Assembly (NCBI GenBank): GCA_963756875.1
Contig: CAVWPA010000003.1
Span: 96,001-160,000 of the forward strand
Direction of reading: 5' to 3'
Length of the DNA: 64,000 bases
Source of the DNA: an uncultured Verrucomicrobiae bacterium
GTDB taxonomy: Bacteria; Verrucomicrobiota; Verrucomicrobiia; Chthoniobacterales; UBA10450
Under the pieces are notes generated by a model. That model was not told the origin of the DNA, ran no database searches, and was given only the letters and a program-made list of their open reading frames with translations. Both the position numbers and the translations under genes were made by a program. Every line of letters begins with the position of its first letter. Position 1 is the first letter of the stretch. This document shows positions 59,504 to 64,000 of this stretch, piece after piece.

Positions 59504-60820
59504 CTAACCCTCGGGCGGTTCGGGCGCAGTGAAGCCGGAGGAGGGAATATCTTCTGTCGAAGCGAACTCAGGAACCTCAGGAACTTCGGGCCCTCCGGGC
59601 GACGCAGCGGTCGCGGCCATTTCCGGCTGCTTGATGCGGGTGGACATCACCATGGCAATAAAGAGCATGAGCCCGGCGAGATAGTAAGGCGCTCCCGGAA
59701 TATGAACCGGATGTTTCGGGTCGATGAACCAGCTGAAGACCCGTGAGAACAAAATGGGACCGATAATAAAGGTAATGGAACGCAAACTGCCGAGCGCGCC
59801 CTGCAGCTCGCCCTGTTCGCGTTCGCTGACCCGGTGGGTCATCATTCCCTGAGCTGCCGGCATGGAAACATTCCACAGTGAAATGATCGGAATCGACCCA
59901 AGCAAAACGGCGCCGCTCCGGGCCAGGCCGGCAACGAACATCCCGACTGCGCCAAAAAACTGGCCGATATAAAGGGTACGTCGTTCGCCGAACCGCCGGA
60001 CCATTCGTCCGGTTAACCCGCCGGAAACGATGGCGGTACACACGCCGACGACCATCAGCGAGACGCCGATCTTCAGCTGACTCCATGTGTAACGATAGAT
60101 GGCGTAGAGCGCCCAAACGGTGAACACGTTGTGCGCCACCCAGGCGAGAAACTGAATTGTTGCCAGCTTCCAAAGTTCGGAGTGCGAGCGCAGTAACACC
60201 AGGGAGCCGACAGGATTGGCGCGGCGCAATTTAAACGCCTTACGATGCTCGCGACTGAGCGATTCGGGAACAAAGAAGTAGCCCCAGAGCCAGTTGGTCA
60301 GACTCAATCCGGCGGCGACCCAGAATGCCAGACGGGGATTGGAGTTACTGAGCAAACCGCCGAGGGCCGGTCCCAGGGTAAAACCAATTCCAAAGGCGAC
60401 ACCGATCATTCCAAATGCACCGGAACGCTTTTCCTTTGGAACAACGTCCGCGATGTAAGCCATCGCCGTGGGGATGCTGGAGGTAGTGATCCCGGAAATG
60501 ATTCGGCCAAGAAAAAGCCAGCCGATCGTGGGCGCGAGCGCCATGACCACGTAGTCGAGACCAAGCCCGAGGTTGGAAAGCAAAATCACCGGGCGGCGGC
60601 CGAACCGGTCCGACAACACGCCGAGCACGGGGGAAAAGACGAATTGCATCAACGCGAAGACCAGCGCGAACCAGCCGTTCCAGTCGGCCGCGTCGGTCAT
60701 CTTGCCTCCGAGAAAGTCGAGAATGAGTTTCGGCAATACCGGGATGATTAGTCCCATCGCCAAAATATCGAGCGTGACCGTAACCAGAATGAAAAGGACG
60801 GCTGCTTTACGATTTTTCAT
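59504..60820 (-). CDS. TCR/Tet-family MFS efflux transporter
   Basis: G.LSDRFGRRPV, GRIISG, GF.LGP.LGG, PESL, QGELQG. Confidence 0.88.
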   Translation of the reverse strand: MKNRKAAVLFILVTVTLDILAMGLIIPVLPKLILDFLGGKMTDAADWNGWFALVFALMQFVFSPVLGVLSDRFGRRPVILLSNLGLGLDYVVMALAPTIGWLFLGRIISGITTSSIPTAMAYIADVVPKEKRSGAFGMIGVAFGIGFTLGPALGGLLSNSNPRLAFWVAAGLSLTNWLWGYFFVPESLSREHRKAFKLRRANPVGSLVLLRSHSELWKLATIQFLAWVAHNVFTVWALYAIYRYTWSQLKIGVSLMVVGVCTAIVSGGLTGRMVRRFGERRTLYIGQFFGAVGMFVAGLARSGAVLLGSIPIISLWNVSMPAAQGMMTHRVSEREQGELQGALGSLRSITFIIGPILFSRVFSWFIDPKHPVHIPGAPYYLAGLMLFIAMVMSTRIKQPEMAATAASPGGPEVPEVPEFASTEDIPSSGFTAPEPPEG

Positions 60821-60914
60821 TGCAAGACCGACCACTTTAGAGGCGAGCGTGCCGACCGCAAAATCGAAATAATGCAGACCACGCGCCTGCCCTTGCGGTA
60901 ATCTGTGGGCAAAT

Positions 60915-61427
60915 ATGCTTCCCCTCTCCTACCGTTCGCCAAAGACCGAAGTGCGCGAGAGCAAAATCCACGGGCGCGGATTGTTCGCCACGGCCGATAT
61001 CGCCAAAGACGAAATCGTGGCGGTAAAAGGCGGCCACATCATCGATCGCGAAACGCTTCAGGGCGACGTGGCGCGGAAGCTCGGCCCGGTTGAAATTCAA
61101 ATCGACGACGATTTGTTCGTCGCGCCGGTCACGGCCGGGGAACGCGAGCTCTCGATGCTCTATTCGAACCATTCGTGCGATGCGAACATCGGCATGCGCG
61201 GCGAGATCACGTTTGTCGCAATGCGCGACATTCGCGAGGGCGAAGAACTCACTCACGATTGGTGCACGACCGATGACGACAATTACTCAATGGAGTGCAA
61301 GTGCGGCTCGGCCAGCTGCCGGAAAATCCTTACCGGCAAAGATTGGCAGCGGTCTGAGTTGCAGAAGCGCTACGCGGGATATTTCTCAGCGTATCTGGCG
61401 CGAAAAATCGCCCAGCTTCGGAATTAA
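60915..61427 (+). CDS. SET-domain protein with post-SET Cys motif
   Basis: G.GLFA, NHSCDAN, GEELTHDW, CKCGSASC. Confidence 0.85.
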   Translation: MLPLSYRSPKTEVRESKIHGRGLFATADIAKDEIVAVKGGHIIDRETLQGDVARKLGPVEIQIDDDLFVAPVTAGERELSMLYSNHSCDANIGMRGEITFVAMRDIREGEELTHDWCTTDDDNYSMECKCGSASCRKILTGKDWQRSELQKRYAGYFSAYLARKIAQLRN

Positions 61428-61511
61428 ATTCAACCGCGGATTACGCGGATTTAGACGGATCGGCAAAGCGGAATCGAATTTGTCCTGTGTTCCATCCGCG
61501 CAATCCGCGGT

Positions 61512-61850
61512 TCAAAGCGCGTCCAGTAATCCGATGTTCTCTTTGGGTGGCGAGCCCGGAACGATGCGCCAGAACCCGCTCTCGTCCTGGATCACGTGAC
61601 TTCCTCCGGAACCGCCATTTGGATACCGGCTCGCACGCTGCGCTGTTAGTGCCCGTTCGGCTGCCGCCCGGTCCGAATAAATTTTCTGCAAGATCCTGTC
61701 GACCCTCTGATCGACTGGAGTTTCCAGGAGGCCTCTTTGCTCCGCAGTCAAAGCGATCTCGTCCCGATGGGATCCGCTCTTTTGGACCGACTCTGGCGGG
61801 ACCGCCGAGCCCAGCTTCGCAGCCTTACGACGCTTGCGGAACAAGTTCAT
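61512..61850 (-). CDS. Hypothetical protein
   Basis: 112-aa ATG ORF filling the gap between SET and AKR genes; no recognisable motif. Confidence 0.4.
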   Translation of the reverse strand: MNLFRKRRKAAKLGSAVPPESVQKSGSHRDEIALTAEQRGLLETPVDQRVDRILQKIYSDRAAAERALTAQRASRYPNGGSGGSHVIQDESGFWRIVPGSPPKENIGLLDAL

Positions 61851-61982
61851 GATTAAGGAGATAAATGATTGAAAGCTTGGCTCGTGCCAGAGACCCATGG
61901 CGCCGGCAGGCGCCTGGCTCACCGTGCGCGAATTGAATTTTGACTCATCGGCGCAATCGGCGCACGATAACCGGATCACACA

Positions 61983-63023
61983 ATGAAATTTCGCACTTAC
62001 AAAAACACGGATCTGAAGGTGAGCGAGGTGGGGTTCGGCCTTTGGACAATTTCGACGGGCTGGTGGGGAAAGTTCACCGAAGGCGAAGCCATTGCGCTCA
62101 TGCACAAGGCATTCGATCTCGGCATCACGTTGTTCGATGCGGCCGACACTTACGGAAATGGCTTGAGCGAAGAGCTGCTCGCAAAGGCCTTTCCCGAACG
62201 GCGCGACGAAATCACCATCGCCACGAAAGTCGGCTACGATTTTGTGCACCACGGGGAAGCACGCGGGCGGGGACAACGCGAAATTCCGCAGGATTTTTCG
62301 CCGGAAGCAATCGAACGCGCAACCGACGCGGCGTTGAAGCGACTAAAAACCGATCGGATCGACCTGCTGCAACTGCACAACATCCGGATGGAACAGATCG
62401 AGGACGACGCGCTTTGGAAGACGCTCGAGAAATTGAAGTCCACCGGCAAAGTCCGTTACTACGGCATTGCGCTCGGTCCGGCGATCGGCTGGTTGTACGA
62501 GGGTGTTCAGTGTGTTCGCGAGCGCGAGGTTACCAGCGTGCAGCATATCTATAACATGCTCGAACAGTATCCGGGCAATGCCATCCAGGCTGCGGCGACC
62601 GATGCTGGCAAGGACACCATGTTTCTGATTCGCGTAACGCATTCGTCCGGGATGCTGGAGGGCAGATACACTCCCGAGACGGTTTTTCCGCCCACTGATC
62701 ATCGCAGCCATCGGCCGCGCAGCTGGCTGCTCAACGGAGTCAAAAAGGTCGAGCAACTGCGTTTTCTGGAGAATTCCGAGCGCACCCTCGGGCAAGCGGC
62801 GTTGCAATGGCTCCTGGCTGACGATCGCGTAGCTTCCACGTTGCCGAATATCTACAACGAGGAACAAGTAATCGAATTTGCGAAAGCGCCCGAATGTCCG
62901 CCGCTCACTCCTGAAGACCTCGGCAGGGCCAACGATCTCTACGCCGACAATTTTGGTCTCGAACGAGAAGAGCCGAAGTTCAAAGGCACGATGGAGCTGC
63001 CGAAAGAAACCGCAGCGGCGTAA
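61983..63023 (+). CDS. Aldo/keto reductase
   Basis: VSEVGFG, FDAAD.YG.G.SE, IATK.G, L.TDRIDLLQLH. Confidence 0.9.
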   Translation: MKFRTYKNTDLKVSEVGFGLWTISTGWWGKFTEGEAIALMHKAFDLGITLFDAADTYGNGLSEELLAKAFPERRDEITIATKVGYDFVHHGEARGRGQREIPQDFSPEAIERATDAALKRLKTDRIDLLQLHNIRMEQIEDDALWKTLEKLKSTGKVRYYGIALGPAIGWLYEGVQCVREREVTSVQHIYNMLEQYPGNAIQAAATDAGKDTMFLIRVTHSSGMLEGRYTPETVFPPTDHRSHRPRSWLLNGVKKVEQLRFLENSERTLGQAALQWLLADDRVASTLPNIYNEEQVIEFAKAPECPPLTPEDLGRANDLYADNFGLEREEPKFKGTMELPKETAAA

Positions 63024-63024
63024 T

Positions 63025-63999
63025 TCAGTCTGACTGATCGTCCTGCACCGGCTCAGCGCGGCGCACTTGCGGCCCAGGCTGCCGGCCGCGCTGGCCGTTG
63101 GTCAGTTGACCCTTGTAAATGTCCTTGAAGATATCGGCGATCATCGGCGCGGCCGCGGTTCCACCGTGGACTTTGCTGCCGACATCGCCCTCATAAAGCG
63201 CGGCAAACGCATATTGCGGATGGTCGGCCGGCAGAAATCCGGCAAACCATGCGGCGGTTCGCTCTTTGTTTTTCGGGCCCCACTGTGCGGTGCCGGTTTT
63301 GCCGGCAACTTCGACATTGTCGAGACTGGCCTGGTGGCCGGTGCCGTTTGCGCCATTCACGGCGTCGATCATTCCGGTATGTATCCGGTCGATCGTTTCC
63401 GGCGAAATATCGACGGTCCGTTTTGCGCGCACCCGGTAGGCACTGACCACCTGGTTGTCGACGGTCTGGACTTGTTGCACCAGTCGCGTTTGAAAAAACG
63501 TCCCTCCATTCGCGACGATCGCCATGGCTTGCGCCATCTGCAGCGGCGTGACCTCCGTGTCGCCCTGGCCGATTGACAGATTCGCGATATCACCGTTGAG
63601 CAGTTTGCGCCCGTGCGTCGCTTTCATGTACTGATCGTCCGGCACCCGTCCGTCCGATTCGCCGCGCAAAGGAATGCCGCACTTCGCCCCAAATCCCAGC
63701 TGCAACGCCCAGTCGATGATCGGCTGTGCGCCGGTCTTGATTCCAACCTGATAAAACCAGGTGTCGCACGATTGGGTCAGCGCCTGCACAAAATTCAGGG
63801 GACCCTGGTCGCCCTTTTTCCAATTGTGAAAGGTGAGATTGCCGATGTCTATTGCCGGCACGCATTCGTACTCGTCTTCCGGCGTTACCGCACCACTCTC
63901 CATGGCCGCGATGCCGACCACGATTTTGAATGTCGATCCGGGCGGATAAGAAGATCGGAACGCGCGCGGCAGAAGCGGAATATTCGGATCGTTCTGCAA
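63025..63999 (-). CDS. mrdA: Class B PBP (PBP2/MrdA-like) transpeptidase domain, 5'-truncated by the window edge
   Basis: YPPGSTFK, SCD.WFY, SIGQG...VTPLQM, AGKTGTAQ. Confidence 0.82.
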   Translation of the reverse strand: MQNDPNIPLLPRAFRSSYPPGSTFKIVVGIAAMESGAVTPEDEYECVPAIDIGNLTFHNWKKGDQGPLNFVQALTQSCDTWFYQVGIKTGAQPIIDWALQLGFGAKCGIPLRGESDGRVPDDQYMKATHGRKLLNGDIANLSIGQGDTEVTPLQMAQAMAIVANGGTFFQTRLVQQVQTVDNQVVSAYRVRAKRTVDISPETIDRIHTGMIDAVNGANGTGHQASLDNVEVAGKTGTAQWGPKNKERTAAWFAGFLPADHPQYAFAALYEGDVGSKVHGGTAAAPMIADIFKDIYKGQLTNGQRGRQPGPQVRRAEPVQDDQSD

Positions 64000-64000
64000 A

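Noticed and set aside
59504..60820. Acquired tetracycline resistance gene
   Set aside because: Generic TCR/Tet MFS; no tetR or mobile context; substrate cannot be inferred

Overview
64-kb GC-rich bacterial window. Gene content and repeat style suggest Verrucomicrobiota, probably Chthoniobacterales/Spartobacteria (inference). It is mostly housekeeping: gap-pgk-tpiA, argS, treY, efp, kdsD, bamA-skp, mqnC, glpX, two PBPs and nuoABCD-I. I saw no rRNA, tRNA, CRISPR, phage or transposase. Highlights: (1) a NuoE-NuoF fusion followed by a ~843-aa protein with 2Fe-2S, 2x4Fe-4S, two cNMP-binding domains and 4x4Fe-4S but no catalytic subunit; 25 kb away lie a di-heme-b-type membrane protein and a membrane-anchored 10-heme cytochrome c. 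Together these may form a cyclic-nucleotide-gated NAD(P)H-to-periplasm electron wire. (2) A 58-aa UBact ubiquitin-like gene, missing from the ORF track, heads a 20S proteasome beta/alpha operon and is preceded by a MITE. (3) Small repeats are dense: periodic-arm inverted repeats (one version encloses a four-helix-bundle gene), GTAG REPs (one in frame inside argS) and 24-32 nt mini-elements nested inside other repeats. (4) A class A PBP lacks SxxK, and both PBPs share a C-terminal (I/V)RRAEPV motif. Five single-base G/C insertions split four genes and are probably sequencing errors.
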